A stretch of 54,108 bases of DNA, the filler included, from Bipalium vagum (lineage: Eukaryota), in NCBI GenBank assembly GCA_037834085.1. It is 3 parts of 3 records of this genome, joined end to end, with 100 filler letters (N's around TTAATTAATTAA, not from the genome) between each part and the next. Parts side by side here need not be neighbours in the genome. Positions count along the whole stretch, not along the records: positions 16,001 to 38,070 come from JBBMKC010227543.1; 2 more parts are not named here. One strand, written 5' to 3'. Shown piece after piece: positions 25,601-38,170 of the stretch. The position numbers were made by a program, and so were the translations under genes. Every line of letters starts with the position of its first letter. The stretch's first letter is position 1. Below the pieces are notes generated by a model. It searched no databases and was not told where the DNA came from. It saw nothing but the letters and a program-made list of their open reading frames with translations.

Positions 25601-28600
25601 CATTAGTTATATTTCTGGGTTTAAATAATTTTTGAAATTAAATAGACAAATATTAATTATCTTTCAAAATACTTTTTGAAAATAAAGACTTTTAAATGTT
25701 TCAATTTTAAATCATTTTAGATTAGTCTTTTTTAAAAAAAATCCATTTTTTAAATTCAACTCGGTAACGAACTTTTACTGAATATAATTGTGGATTTGAA
25801 CATGGGTTTACGCTGTAAACGTTTCTGCAAGTTATAAGAGATTTTTATTGCTTTTACTGATTAAAAAAATAAAATTCTTTTGATAAAATTCATAGGATTT
25901 CCGATAAAATCAATATTTTTTTTTGAGAAATATTATTTAAAATTAGTCTAAAATCTCAAATAAATATTAGTCTCTACAGATGACAAAAAATAAAAAATTA
26001 ATGTTCCTGGTCGATATTAATGCGTCATGAAGTCGTAATAATTCTAGCTTCAATAAATACAATAATTAACAAAAATTATTCATAGGAAAACCATTCTTTA
26101 TAATGTAACTATTATTTTAATTTAATGAAGTAATACATTTTTAATTTTTTGTAATTGTACATAACTATAATTAAATAAATTAACTTTCAACACTATGTTT
26201 CAGACAATAAATAACTCTACAATCCTCTGCAGGAAGAAATTAAAATGTGAAATTTTTCTCTAAAGCCTTGCATTAATAGTTTTATTTCCATTTTCTGTGA
26301 AATTTTAAAAATTAAATGACTATCAAAATATTATTCTAAATAATAATAAGGTTTTAGTTTACTATTTTATAATTGTATTTGACAAAGAAATTCTATTAAA
26401 ATGCGCAGAAAATTTCTCTCTTCCATTTATTTTTGAAAATTATTTTGAATAAACTTTTGAAATTAACTTTCCTTTACTTCTGATTTCTGAATGTCAAGCA
26501 ACAAATCTTACACTAGTTGCATACCTAATTAGAGTGAGAAAATTTTATATTTTCATACTGAATTATAGTTTTTTGTCCAATCATACTTTCAAAGAAACTA
26601 TACAACCTATCTTAGGAATGATAAATTATTTATTTAATTAATTATTTAATGCAAAGTGCAAAGCACATACGATGTAAAAATAGATGAAGCATTAGAGATT
26701 TCCATGTAGCAATATTTTAGTAACATAAAATGTGAAAATAAAATTTTCATAGAACTTTTATTTGTAAAAGTTTTAAAATAACATTTTATAAATTAAAAAA
26801 ATTCCATTGAACTGACTTAAATGAACATAGTAAATTTGATGATGATTAAATAATAAATAGTTGATCAAAAATGATTTCGATTCACAAAAGAACAGTAACA
26901 GAACAAGAAGTTTGCTTGAAAACAATGTGCAAGATATTATATATTTTCAATTTTAACGATACAGCTTTTCATTATTAAAACAATAAAAATTCAATTGTTC
27001 TGCATGAAATAAGAATAATCGATTGAAGATTGTCAGATGATCATTTACATGTTAAATGATTTTTTCGATTATCTCACACTTTCTATATAAGTGGTTGTGA
27101 CATATTTATTGATTTCAGATATTTATAATGTCTTTAATTTTTTGTTTAATTAGAGTTGATTTGTCAGTTATTATTTTAGGAATCCACAGAATTATTTTAT
27201 AAACATCACAAAAAATGAATGTACTTCAGAAAAAAATAAAAAAAACATTAATGAGAATAAAAAATGTATTATAATCATCTACTATTAATAAATTTTAAAA
27301 CGAATTTTAAACAAAAATGCGAAGATGTGAAAAATTAGCTTAGTGTTATAACTAAAAAATATTTCCAATGTTTTTCGATAATAAATAATAAAGTTAATTA
27401 AATTTTATAATAAAATTACATTTAATTAAATAAATTTAATAATTTGTCATAATTTTGTTATCAACATTTTTATTAAAATATTTTCTCTATTTATTAAGAG
27501 AATTTATTTTATCTCTCAATTAAAAAAATTTCTATAATGAATGCAAAAATAAAACCAATGTAACAGATTTTTATTTTCAACATATAAAGTTTTAGTTTTT
27601 CATTTTCTATGAATAACATACAAGAATTTATAATTTTATTTTATTTAAACAATTAGAAGTTAACTTTGCATCTCAAAGTAAAAATTTTTTTTAACATTTT
27701 CTTATTTTTTAAAATAATTTTTACAAATTAAAACCAGAATTTGCATTAAATTAAAATTTTTTCTCAATCTATTTAAAAAGACATCCCAGAATTTTAATGA
27801 ATTAGACACAAAAATCTGACATAAGCTAGAAATACATTTTACAAAAATAGACACACCAAAGAGCACTTTGTGAAATTGTAGGGAAAATTTAATGTTTATC
27901 TATCTTTATATTTTCAATCTAAAAATAATCTGAAGAAAGATTTGTTTTAATCAAAACAACAACTATAAAGGACAACTTTATTTATTGATTAAGTGAATTT
28001 TAATAAATTATTTTAAATCTAAATTAAGATGATAACTTACAAAGTTGCAAATGAGAACAATAATAAATACCTTCTTGTAAAAATGTTCTTTATAGTGGTC
28101 ATTCAAAATCAAAATAAAAATATTAGTTAATTGTTGATTAAGTTGAAAGAAATGTATTTTAATAAAAAAAGAAATTTAAGATATTTGTTTTTTATTCATC
28201 TGTTATTGAAAAATAAATATACAGATCAACATTAAATCGGTACGTTTCTGATTCTGAATTTTTAGTGATGGTATCAGAATGACAATATATTTCCGAAAAT
28301 TTTTATTCATCTACATCTTTCATACATTTATCAAAAAATAATATAGAGAAATTAATGAGTTTGATTGATTTCCTTTGATAAATGAAAATAACTATTAAAG
28401 TCATTACAATTTTATTATCATTTTTATAGACAGTACAATTTATTTACGATATATAAATTGATTAAAACGTTATCATTGATTGACAATATCGAAAACCACT
28501 TAATAGATTTGTGAAATATTCAGTTGTCAAATGAGAAGAGAAAGTTCTCAGCAAATGAAAAATAACCGATAACGATTTTAATTAAAAATATATAAAGGAA

Positions 28601-31600
28601 AACACATTTTATTTTTTTGATTCTCAAGTAATATTTAGCTTCTGATATTCGAATTGAATTGAAGTGAAGAAACAATGAAATTAAGAAACGAATATATCAA
28701 ACCTACATTTCAAAATTATCATGAGTTTCGGTTGGAGGAGGACCTGATATGTTATGTGTAAAAGTGCTTACGAAATTGATAAAGGTTTCGCCAATCACAT
28801 AAGGTATTGATTTTGAATCCGGATGCCAATCGTCAATATCACCAAGGCTTTGTGGATTGGAGTTTTTTGAGTCAAATGAGCTAACTCCTGTCACAGTTTC
28901 TGAACGATAACATCTCGCTTTAAATGTTTTAGCACGCTGTCTTTCTTCAGTAAGCCTCTGAAAGTCATTAAGCAACTCACAAATATCGTTGGCTTTCTTG
29001 CGAACTGGGAAAACATAATAAAATAAAAAAATTCAAAATTTTTCCTCTTATCATTGTTATTTATATAAAGTCATAACATATTTCGAATTAGTTAGTTAAT
29101 TCCCATCTCTGTGAATATTATATTGTGTTGAAAATGACGATTTAATAAACGTTATTTCCATTTATTAAAATAATTTTTTAAAATATATATTTTTTGTAAA
29201 AATACGTTCATTGTTCATAATGCTCGTATGTAATCAACAATATCCGTTTATGGATTTTTTTAAAATTTTACTAATTAGTGTTCACTATTTGCAGATTTGA
29301 CAGTATTTGTTTATACAATATTTTTCACGCGCTTTAATTCAAAATTATTCAAACAAAAGTGAATGTAATATATCATCTTTGTCAATTAAAGTGTCTTAAT
29401 TTCAGGTAAATAAATATAATTTGCGATACGCTTTAATTTTTCTTTATCTTCAAAAGAAAAAAGCAACTGAGATTTACATTATTATTATAGAAACCTATGA
29501 TGACAAACTTCCATGAAAAAAAGGAAAAGTTTGGTCGATAGATTTAAAAATGGAAATTTTAATAGGGAGGACAGCGAACATCTAAGTCAATCGAAACATT
29601 TCGAAGATACAGATTTGCAAGCATTGTTAGATGAAAACGACAAACAAACTCAACAACTTGCAGATACCTTACATGTTAGCCAAAAAGCAGTTTCTGATCG
29701 ATTCAAAAAGAAGGAGAAGAATACAATATTTATTGAATGAGTGAAATAAAGAAAGATGAAAAAAATTGTGAAGCGCAGATTAAAATCGTTTTAGATTCGT
29801 ATTGTAACGGAAGAACAAAAATGGATATATTTTGATAATTCAAAGGTCAACAGTCACCATTGATTGCAAAACGCAACATTCGTGGAGAGAAGGGTTTACT
29901 GTGCATATGGTTGGTTCAGAAGAATGTGCAACAACAATACTACGAGCTTTTGTAACCAAGTCAGACGATAATTGTAACCGTTATCAACAACAATTTGCTA
30001 AGTTAATTGGTGCATTAAAAGAAAGATGAAGTGACTGGATTAAAAGACCTGTGAAAGTCGTTTTTCTCCAGATAACGCTTGACATCATTTTTCAAAACCG
30101 GCAAAAGATAGTTGGTTGTCTTACCTAACCCTCCACATTCCAAAGACATTGCTCCATATCATTATTAGTTGTTTAGATCAATGGTGCATTGCCTTTCTTA
30201 ACAGCACTTCCACAACTCCAAGTATGTGAAAAATCGAATTGATGAGTGATTAGTATTGAAACAAGAAAGGTTTTTTTACGGTAATCACAAACTAATCACA
30301 AAGTTGTAGAAAGCGATGGAAATTATTATTAAAAAAAACTTTTTAAAATAAAAGTTTTGGCACTTAAAAAATCATTATCAACTTGTTCATTTAATATAAT
30401 CATAATAAAACTATCTATCTTTCCAAATTTGCTAACGAGAAAGACAACCAGACTAAAACGTTCATTATTATTACCATAATTAGTAAGTCAAGACTAAATG
30501 TGCCTAACTGTTTGAATTCTTGTCTCAACGCGGAATTTGAATGAAACATAACAGTATTGATTATTGTTCATAACGGATAGTGTAAAATGAAAATTGAGAT
30601 GTAACCGATATTAACACTGGGTCTCCTATTGTGAAGATACATCTCCATTCTAAAGTTTCATTTTCTTATCATGGAAAATATAGAATAGACAGGAACGCGA
30701 GATGATATGAACAAAATTTAACCAAAAGTCAACACGAATTTATTAGGTAATCCCGTATCAAAAAATAAAAAATATTTTATACAATTAATAGATAATAATA
30801 AACATCCTTGAAAAAAATTGTTTGACTATCAAAAAAGTCTTTAGAAAATCTAAATAGAATAACTTCAACAAATAGATCAGATTTAAGAGACACTCGTCAG
30901 AATAATGCAAGGCTTCATACTACCAAAAGATTACAGAAAATTTCAAATATGATTGTTTTTGATAGATTATCCAGCTTTCAGTCTCAACTGTCTTCCTCAT
31001 ATTTCATTCTTCGGCAAATTAAAAATTTTTTTAAAGCCATATTTCAACATTTTTCAAACAGACTAGAAAAAGTAAGCACCAGAAAGTATGATGTATAATT
31101 TTACTAAAATGATTTTACAAGCTAGAAAGAACATCGGACTAAATGATCTGAAGAGAATGTGGATATGATGAAGGATTCTGATAATAGTTACGAGTTCATA
31201 TATACAAAGTTTCATTGTTGTGATTGATTAATTTAAAATATTTATTGAGGTTTGTGCATTATTTATTAATTCAACTTTTGGACATGCCTCTGAGCCTTAA
31301 ACCAAACTGTAAGCATATTAAAATTTCATTTACGCTAACACACTATTTGAATTGAAAATAGGAGTAAAATAGTCAACTTTTCATTAGAACTGAGAGATTT
31401 GAACGAATTTATATATAACTGGATAAAATAATTTTTAATTTTTAGATACCGATATATATAACTGTATACTATCATTTAAAATTTTTTAATCATTTTCAAT
31501 TGGTAAAAAAATTCCATCTACAAGACCGGCACGAATTTGATTGCTTAATAAAAAACTTGTGTAGCAATACTCATTCAATATTGATTTTATTAACAATCCG

Positions 31601-32439
31601 AATGATATCCATAGGTTTATTTTAAATTTATTCAAATTTCTCAAATTGATGTCTATTTCACAAAAACGTTAAGATATTCTTTTATTTAAGAAATCAATAA
31701 AAACTATAACTAAGTAAGAAAAAATGAAAAATATTTTTATTACAAAACATTGAGTGTATGAATCAATCTTAATTTGTAAAGGTTGCTTAATAATAAACAG
31801 AATTTTAAATGGTGAGTTAAAATTAATTATAAAAGGGAATTAAGTGAATATGACTCATTTTGTAAAAAAAATTAAAAATGGTGATTACTTGAAATGTCTG
31901 TTATTCCATTTTGATCATTAAATGATTTTAACTTTGCAATATCCTTCAAATGTGATTTACAACTAATTATGACACAATCAGATCCATTAACAATTAAATA
32001 GGCCAAAAGTACCAATCCCTATAGTTAAAAATATTAATAGATGTGTCGCTATTAACATTCAATTACTTTATATATTCTTCTACTATTGATAGGACGCTCA
32101 GAAAATATCCGATACCACAAGAATGTCATAATATCATGAAAATCAGAAGATGAAAAAGTCTCCTCAGCAATTTCTTTCATTATTTGACCATTAGGACCCC
32201 ATTTGTCATCGTTGGTTGCTTCTTTAACTTTAGCTTCACTTTCAGAAAGGTTTAAAAATTTATTGGATCTGAATAATTTACCGAAAGACTAACATAAAAT
32301 CAGAACTTTTTATAATCATTATAATATTAACATTACTATTTTCAATAATAACTAATAATTAATTATGATAATAAAAATAATAATCAGCTTACAACTTATT
32401 TGCAATTTCTTTTCCAACAGTGATGGCGTTAGTTAACAT
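16493..32439 (-). CDS. CLINT1: Clathrin interactor 1 / epsinR (ENTH-domain adaptor), 8 coding exons, about 418 aa
   Basis: Exons 32439-32393, 32268-32067, 32018-31889, 29004-28707, 25435-25294, 18663-18551, 18504-18384, 16696-16493. All introns are GT-AG with consistent phases (1257 nt, ends TAA). Protein MLTNAITVGKEIANKLSNKFLNLSESEAKVKEATNDDKWGPNGQIMKEIAEETF...RRIYKGLVLLAYLIVNGS...IRKKANDICELLNDFQRLTEERQRAK matches the epsinR ENTH domain. C-terminal GATWNDLDSLNIDLNNL matches the epsinR TWSD..NISLDNL motif. Confidence 0.9.
16950..17640 (+). mobile_element. Decayed mariner in CLINT1 intron 7
   Basis: ETWV, FCDFHSSVHYEFL..GSTVNKEYYL, WILHHNKA, RWNKSV. Confidence 0.8.
18384..18663 (-). CDS. CLINT1: CLINT1 exons 6-7 (46-nt intron 18505-18550)
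   Basis: EVPIIDFSE...NFDLLL...DLDAEFGNLRSWNDFDSGF; acidic DF/DLL motifs typical of epsinR; GTAAGT donor and TTTTAAG acceptor. Confidence 0.8.
20060..23130 (-). mobile_element. Decayed non-LTR retrotransposon, RLE-endonuclease type (NeSL/Utopia/R2-like), with N-terminal cold-shock domain
   Basis: In order across stops and frameshifts: CSD; region -1 (MFNNNMK*AMEII); SPDPHGIIY; RPIALLNTSCKLY; FIDIADAYGSL; GVKHGCPLS; FAYSDNL; YRYLG; YLYCPVEYGGLG; WYFIQKYRTNDLPTN; degenerate CCHC knuckle; PD...IDVKVPFE...KY...IIGALGSWDP (restriction-like endonuclease). Lies in CLINT1 intron 5 in the same orientation. Confidence 0.9.
22722..23096 (-). CDS. Y-box-type cold-shock domain at the N-terminus of the retrotransposon ORF
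   Basis: NIIQRKIVETI..SNYAFL..STIFCHKTGI..IPNKNIR..VRFDI..AVNITMDNG aligns by eye with YB-1 KVIATKVLGTV..NGYGFI..EDVFVHQTAI..NPRKYLR..VEFDV..AANVTGPGG (RNP1 and RNP2 motifs). Confidence 0.75.
   Translation of the reverse strand: MPKQIHQAVTERSKKMNIIQRKIVETIVNSREKSNYAFLKLEDNSTIFCHKTGINCRIPNKNIRFKTSLKVRFDIDKRRNGKYKAVNITMDNGQNFEDHLNFKNTKGKLHTLFSNEIHNILTKH
23180..23990 (+). mobile_element. Decayed hAT-like transposase (CGGBP/DUF659-type)
   Basis: TDAVPNKIKAANCL, IHLTRIFHDFHR, RKYFPKVDCLISSTKKLF, (RWG)TWLDATVYFAN and a DVE(R) dimerisation remnant. Confidence 0.7.
25294..25435 (-). CDS. CLINT1: CLINT1 exon 5
   Basis: catag acceptor, GTAAAT donor; phases 2 and 0 match the neighbouring exons; PPMDDEIASTFEIKKEQ. 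Confidence 0.75.
28707..29004 (-). CDS. CLINT1: CLINT1 exon 4 (end of ENTH domain plus linker)
   Basis: ttttcccag acceptor, GTAGGT donor; (I)RKKANDICELLNDFQRLTEERQRAK; overlaps track ORF 28703-28975. Confidence 0.9.
29190..30398 (+). mobile_element. Near-full-length decayed mariner (Mos1-like) in CLINT1 intron 3
   Basis: RFKNGNFNRED..FEDTDLQALLDENDKQTQQLADTLHVSQKAVSDR; RIVTEEQKWIYFDN; RYQQQ; HPPHSKDIAP; LFRSMVH. Confidence 0.88.
30520..31200 (+). mobile_element. Heavily decayed mariner-like remnant
   Basis: QNNARLHT (HDNARPH motif) plus downstream LFxxLK- and KC..G.Y-like remnants. Confidence 0.5.
31889..32439 (-). CDS. CLINT1: CLINT1 exons 1-3 (ENTH domain N-terminal part)
   Basis: ATG at 32439; introns 32269-32392 (124 nt) and 32019-32066 (48 nt); EATNDDKWGP and YKGLVLLAYLIVNGS motifs. 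Confidence 0.92.
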
Positions 32440-33249
32440 TACAATATTAATTGACAAGTAAAAAAATATATTAAATAAATAAAATATAGTTAAAAATATT
32501 TAAATATTTTGGAAAAGAACTAAATAAAATAAAACGAAATTAGATATGAATTAGTTAAAATAAACAATATTATCTTTCTAATAAAACTAATAGATTTTTT
32601 TTATTGTAATTCAAAAACTCTGAATAATTTTTATGAGTAAAATTATTTAAGAGATTTTTAAGTTTATTTATTATAAATATTTAGATTACTAAAAGAAATT
32701 TAATTTTTAAAAATCATAATTATTACTTGAATTACCTGTAAAAAAAATTTGGATCATTTTTTTTGACCGACTCGGTCAAAAACATATTTGATACTATTGA
32801 CCGCTCAAAAAGAGACTTGAGGCGAATCACAAAAAATAACAAAACCAAATAAATAAAAAATCGATTCGCAGTTTCTCGATTGAATATTTTAGCGTTACAT
32901 TCATTTATTTACATATATAATTCCAAGAGATCACCATAATTTTCCCCCAAATCGATTTATTTTGTGTGTGAGCACCAGTGGTTGACACTTCGATGAACAT
33001 AAATTTCATCTTTAAACATTGAGATGAGAACATTGGTTCTTCCATTTTTATTGAATTTTTCAAGAAAAAATCTCACATTTCTTCTTCATTTTTGCATAGA
33101 AATTAATAACCACAGATTTTGAAACCCTAGTGTCTTCAGGAATTGACTTTTATGATCTGCCAGGGCCCATCGCTTTTAGCTTCACAGCTATGACCAGAAC
33201 GTAAACAAGTTATCTTTATTTTATCAATTGAATCAAAACTCCCACAATA

Positions 33250-34068
33250 AAACCTTATTCGCACCCAAAATGGAATCAAAAAGATCGAAATAAGACTTTA
33301 TTAAAACGCAACAACCATACAAAATCTCAATCCGTCAAATAATCAAGTGTCTAGATATCACGTAATTTACTGATCCAATATCAATAAAAATATCACAATA
33401 AGTCACCTTTCCTTAATAAAAATGTTAAGTTCCTAAGAGATGGGATAAGTTGATGTTAAAAGTGGAGCTTGATATTACTTAGGTCTTAACGGTTGAAGGT
33501 TGCTTACAAAGGTGTTCCGTTAAATTTATTTAAAATGACTAAGAAAACGATTCGACGTTCAATACTTTTATTTTGATTCAAAATAAAGCTTTTAATATTA
33601 CAAATGGTGATATCGATTCTGAAATGCTGCCTTGAAATTGATATTATTTATAAGAAAAGTTGAAAAGAATGCATCCAGCATTGATCAATAGAAAATGCTC
33701 AATTCTATTGCATGACAATGCCCGTCCACACATAGCGAAGCAAACCATGAATAAGCTGAAAGCCTAAATTATGAGTATTTGTCCGATTTTTCGCCAACTG
33801 ATTTTCATTTATTCAAACATTTACAAATTTATTTGAATGAAAAAAAATTTCAGAACGAAGAGGTGCTAAAAATGAAATTTTTACAGTTCATTGCCTCCAG
33901 GTTTACCGAATTACATAGCATAGGAATGGAAAATTTACCAATTCATTGGCAAAAGTATGTAAACACTAATGGTTCTTATTTTAATCAATAAATCTTTTGT
34001 TTCGGCTGACTTATCCTGTTTTAAAAATGAATGTACAAAAACTTGCAAAAATTTCTGAACAACTTAAT
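33250..34068 (+). mobile_element. Decayed mariner with 3' TIR
   Basis: ILLHDNARPHIAKQT, SDFSPTDFHLFKHLQ..L, IGMENLPIHWQKYVNTNGSYF; ends ...ctgaacaacttaata. Confidence 0.88.
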
Positions 34069-36039
34069 ATTATAATATTTAAAATAATAATTATTTAAAA
34101 TTTAATTATAAATACTGTATTTAAAATTTTTTATTCAGTTTTACACTACTAATATCGACTTGCTAATAGTGGAACTAGAATTAATTTAATTAATAGAATT
34201 ATAAATTAAATTGAAATGACACTGTATCATTTTTGTATCTTTTTAAAATTTTCATTGTTTCCAACTTTTGATAATACGTGCTTAGTTTCCTAATAGTTAT
34301 TTTTTATATTTTTAATACATTTTCTTAATTAGGTAAACTATACAAATGGTAACCAGACTATTTTTGTTTTTAAAATATAAATATGGTTTTCACTTAAATG
34401 TTTGTTTGAATATAAGACAATAAAATTAACCTAATGAAATATAAATAAAAAGTAAAATTTCTTTACTCCAAAGACATTTACTGCCATGATTAAAATATTT
34501 TAATTAAAATTTAAAGTTAAAAATAGATGCTCAAACAAACTTGTTTAAATAGAATTATTTTTATTTTATCAACAAATTATAACAATTAATTAAATTGAGA
34601 ATCAAATTATATTTATTTTTCATTATTTTCTGAATAAAATAAAATTTTATATTGTCTTTTACATGACAATCCAATTTTATCTGTATATTAAAGTATTATA
34701 ATATAAAGTATTTAAAAATTTTATTTATTAATTTTATGTTTATTTTATAAATTTCCATTTATGACTATTGAAATAAAAATTCTATTCCAATTCTATTTAT
34801 TGATATTTAGAGATGACATTTACATATCATTGTCGGCTGAGTCGCCAATCTTTCCAAAAGAATTAATTTTAATAAGGATTTTATTTTTTTATTTTTTGTT
34901 CATTACTTTGGGCTTTAAATCTAAACTTTCTTTGGTAGGTCATGTACATTATATTAGTAATAATAAAGAATTTTATCTTCATTTAAAATAAAATATCTTC
35001 TTGGTCTGATTTATAAGATTTTTCAAAAGTAAAATTATAATTGATTTTTAAGTGATTCAAAAATAAAATTTAAATTATTCATAAAAAATTATTCCAAAAA
35101 AATCAGTTTTCATTTCAAAAAATAATATTATTTTTGAGGTCTGAAATCAAATTGAAGTGAATTAAAGTATCCTTAATGTTCTGGATTTTTAACCAATCAC
35201 AAATAATGAAAATATTTTTTTAAACAAGCTTTGGTAAACATATCAATTTTACTTCGTAAATATTTCCACATAATTATAAAAAGTTATTTTCACCTATTTT
35301 AATTCTAGTGCTAATTATGAATTAATTTCCCAATTTCCGACTGCCTGTAAAAGGGAAAATTAGAAATTAAAACAATTTATAATAACATTTAAACAATATT
35401 ACGTTTATATTTCTATTCTTATGGTACGAAAAATGATATATTTCTATTATAAAAGTTATTCTATTGCTAAAATCTGTTTTGTTAGTCAAGCTTGCTAGTA
35501 TTATATCAGTCTGAAAACAATTATAAGAGACATAAGTATATCGTAGAATAAACAATATAAATCCAGAAATAAAGCTCATTGATACGCTAAAGCAATCAAA
35601 ACACATCACCCCTTAATTCATATATTCAGTCAATTATTATGGAATCTTAACTTTTGGCAGTATTGTTTTAAAATATCCGAAGCTTTTTGAGTAAAATAGT
35701 TTCGGTTGAATTAACAACTAAAAGTCAACATAACCGTTATATTTCTTACAAGGAAAATCTTTTTTATACTTTGCCATTAAAGTACAATAATAATATCAAT
35801 ATAGAAAAAAAATAATGAGAAATACATTTGATGACAAGGGAAATAGGAGCTATCTTCGGATATTTTAATTATAAAACAAAAAGATTTTATCAATTTTTTC
35901 AATAATATTTGGGGTTAAACTTGTTATTGGTATTTGCAACTGATATTTAACTTTTATATTTATTCATTAACTAAATTTATATATTAATTAATAATTAATT
36001 CTTATATAATTGTGTTTTTATATTTTAATTAATTTTATG

Positions 36040-37500
36040 TACAGTGTAATCCAAATTGTTTGATCACGGTATTCAAACCCAAAATTCAACCATTATTACT
36101 CTTAATATGATTCACTAAATAAACCTGATCAACGGTCCATATTTTCCATATTCTATTGTATTTGGAACGAAGTTTAACGTTTAACAATCAACAATTTAAT
36201 AATATATATAACAATATAATATATATTTCGTTAAGTTGTACCTATGTTTGCCGGATTCCCACTGCAGCAGATTCAAGTATAGGGTGACCCATATATAGAT
36301 ACCGCACAGTCCAACCTTTACATTTGGTAAACCAGCAAACATAAACATAAGTACACTTTTAGAACGAATAACATTTATATTCAAGAACATTTTTAAACAA
36401 AATTTAAACAGAAAGTGGTCCTTTTTCGGAACAAATGCGTATTTTTTGTCGAAAGTGTTTAAACAAGGTTTTCCCAGACTCAGCTGCAATTTCCTTAGAG
36501 ATGTGTGTCCAGATTCGTTTCATTTTTGGTATACTGTCAACTGGTTTTTTCAGCATGTGATATCTGTGCTTACAAAATGCTCAAAAATTTTCAATTTGAC
36601 GTAATCGTGGCACATTCGACAGGTTCTGTTCTTTAGAAACAAAGTTGACGCCCTCTTCCCTGAGTTTGGCCGTCACAATGTTACAATAATGCGGAGTTGC
36701 CAGATCAGGACAAAATAAAATTGGCCTTTGGACATCCAACTTTTGTAAAAACAGCAAAAGACGCTTTTCAATACATTTTCTTAGATAAATTTCACCATTA
36801 ACAGTACCATTAGTCACAAACGGCTCTGAAACAGATCCATCTTCTGCCAACGCTTGCCAGATCAGAACGCCTTTTTCAAATTTACCGGTTTGAACTACAC
36901 GTTCTTCAACTGGTGTCTCCGCTTCATCATCCGACAAATAATATTGGTTACCAGGCACTTGGGTCTGATCTAGTGCCACATATGTTTAGTCATCCAAAAC
37001 AAAGAAGTAATTCTTGCCACTTGGAAGACTATCCTTGTAAAGCTTAGCTGATCACTTAATTGATCGCTATATCTGATCTTTATTATACTTATGCTTCCTC
37101 TGTTTATTTCTGCTACGCAATCCAACCGCTTCTTTCACTCTCCGATAGGTAATACGACTCAGATACAATTGCTTTGATGACACGCGCTCTGACAGTTCGC
37201 GTGCTTAAACATTTTTCTTTTGTGTTTACAACTGGTTTACGACCTGGTATTGACTTGTAATCTTTTACTCCACTCTTCAGAAAGCGTTATATCACATTCC
37301 GGATTGTTCTCTCTTTAATATTTTGCTGCCGAAAGTGGTTAACCGTAGTCAGTTTATTTTGTGAATTTTCTTGGAAAAAAGCAATAATTGCATTGGCGTT
37401 AAATTCGTGTTGCCGTCTCTTCATCTAGAGGATTATCACTAAATAAGTTATTCAATAAAAAGATCAATAATACGATTTCAAAAATGTTTTTGTTTTAGTT
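36040..37500 (-). mobile_element. Tc1-superfamily DD37E (ITmD37E-like) transposon, decayed
   Basis: LDD*TYV, KFEKGVLIWQAL, GTVNGEIYL, CPDLATPHY...NVPRLRQIENF with exactly 37 residues between the second D and the E; TACAGTG terminus at 36040. Confidence 0.85.
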
Positions 37501-37678
37501 ACTGTGTAGCCTAATCTTTCATACAATTGTTAGAAGTGGCGGCATCTATATATGGGCCACTTTTTAATATTCAAATTGATTATGGTACATGGAGTTAATG
37601 GTGTGAAAAAACAGAAAAACCAAAATTTGAGAATTCTTTCTGTTACTATATGCCATAGTTGAAAATTTCAAATTATTT

Positions 37679-37947
37679 ATAAGGGGTGTCAATAAATAAC
37701 CGGAATTTTTCGAAGAAATAATTAAGAAGAAAAAACTAAAGTCAATAATATTTATTATAAGAATTAAAATTTTTTGTAATAAGTATTGCCTATCAGTTAC
37801 CACTATTTTCTCCCATCTTTCAGGTAAGCTACGGATTCCATTTTGAAAAAATTCCTGAATTTTTGAGGAGATCCAAGATTCAAGCCATTTTATGTTGACA
37901 TCATAAGAACGAAACTATTGGTCATCTAGACTATGCGACATGGACTA
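37679..37947 (-). mobile_element. Mariner 3' end
   Basis: SMSHSLDDQ*FRSYD..KWLESWI...FFQNGIRSLPERWEKIV; TIR-like aattccggttatttattgacaccccttata. Confidence 0.85.
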
Positions 37948-38070
37948 TATTTTATTTTGTATTTTAAAAAAATTATACAAATATTAGGGTGTTCCATAAG
38001 TCTTTAGACACTTAATGACATCATTTTCTTAGTCACATATCTTTGTTACCTAATAATTTTTTCTTATCAA

Positions 38071-38170
38071 NNNNNNNNNNNNNNNNNNNNNNNNNNNNNN
38101 NNNNNNNNNNNNNNTTAATTAATTAANNNNNNNNNNNNNNNNNNNNNNNNNNNNNNNNNNNNNNNNNNNN
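38071..38170. other. Artificial scaffold linker N44-TTAATTAATTAA-N44
   Basis: Same construct as 15901-16000. Confidence 0.95.
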
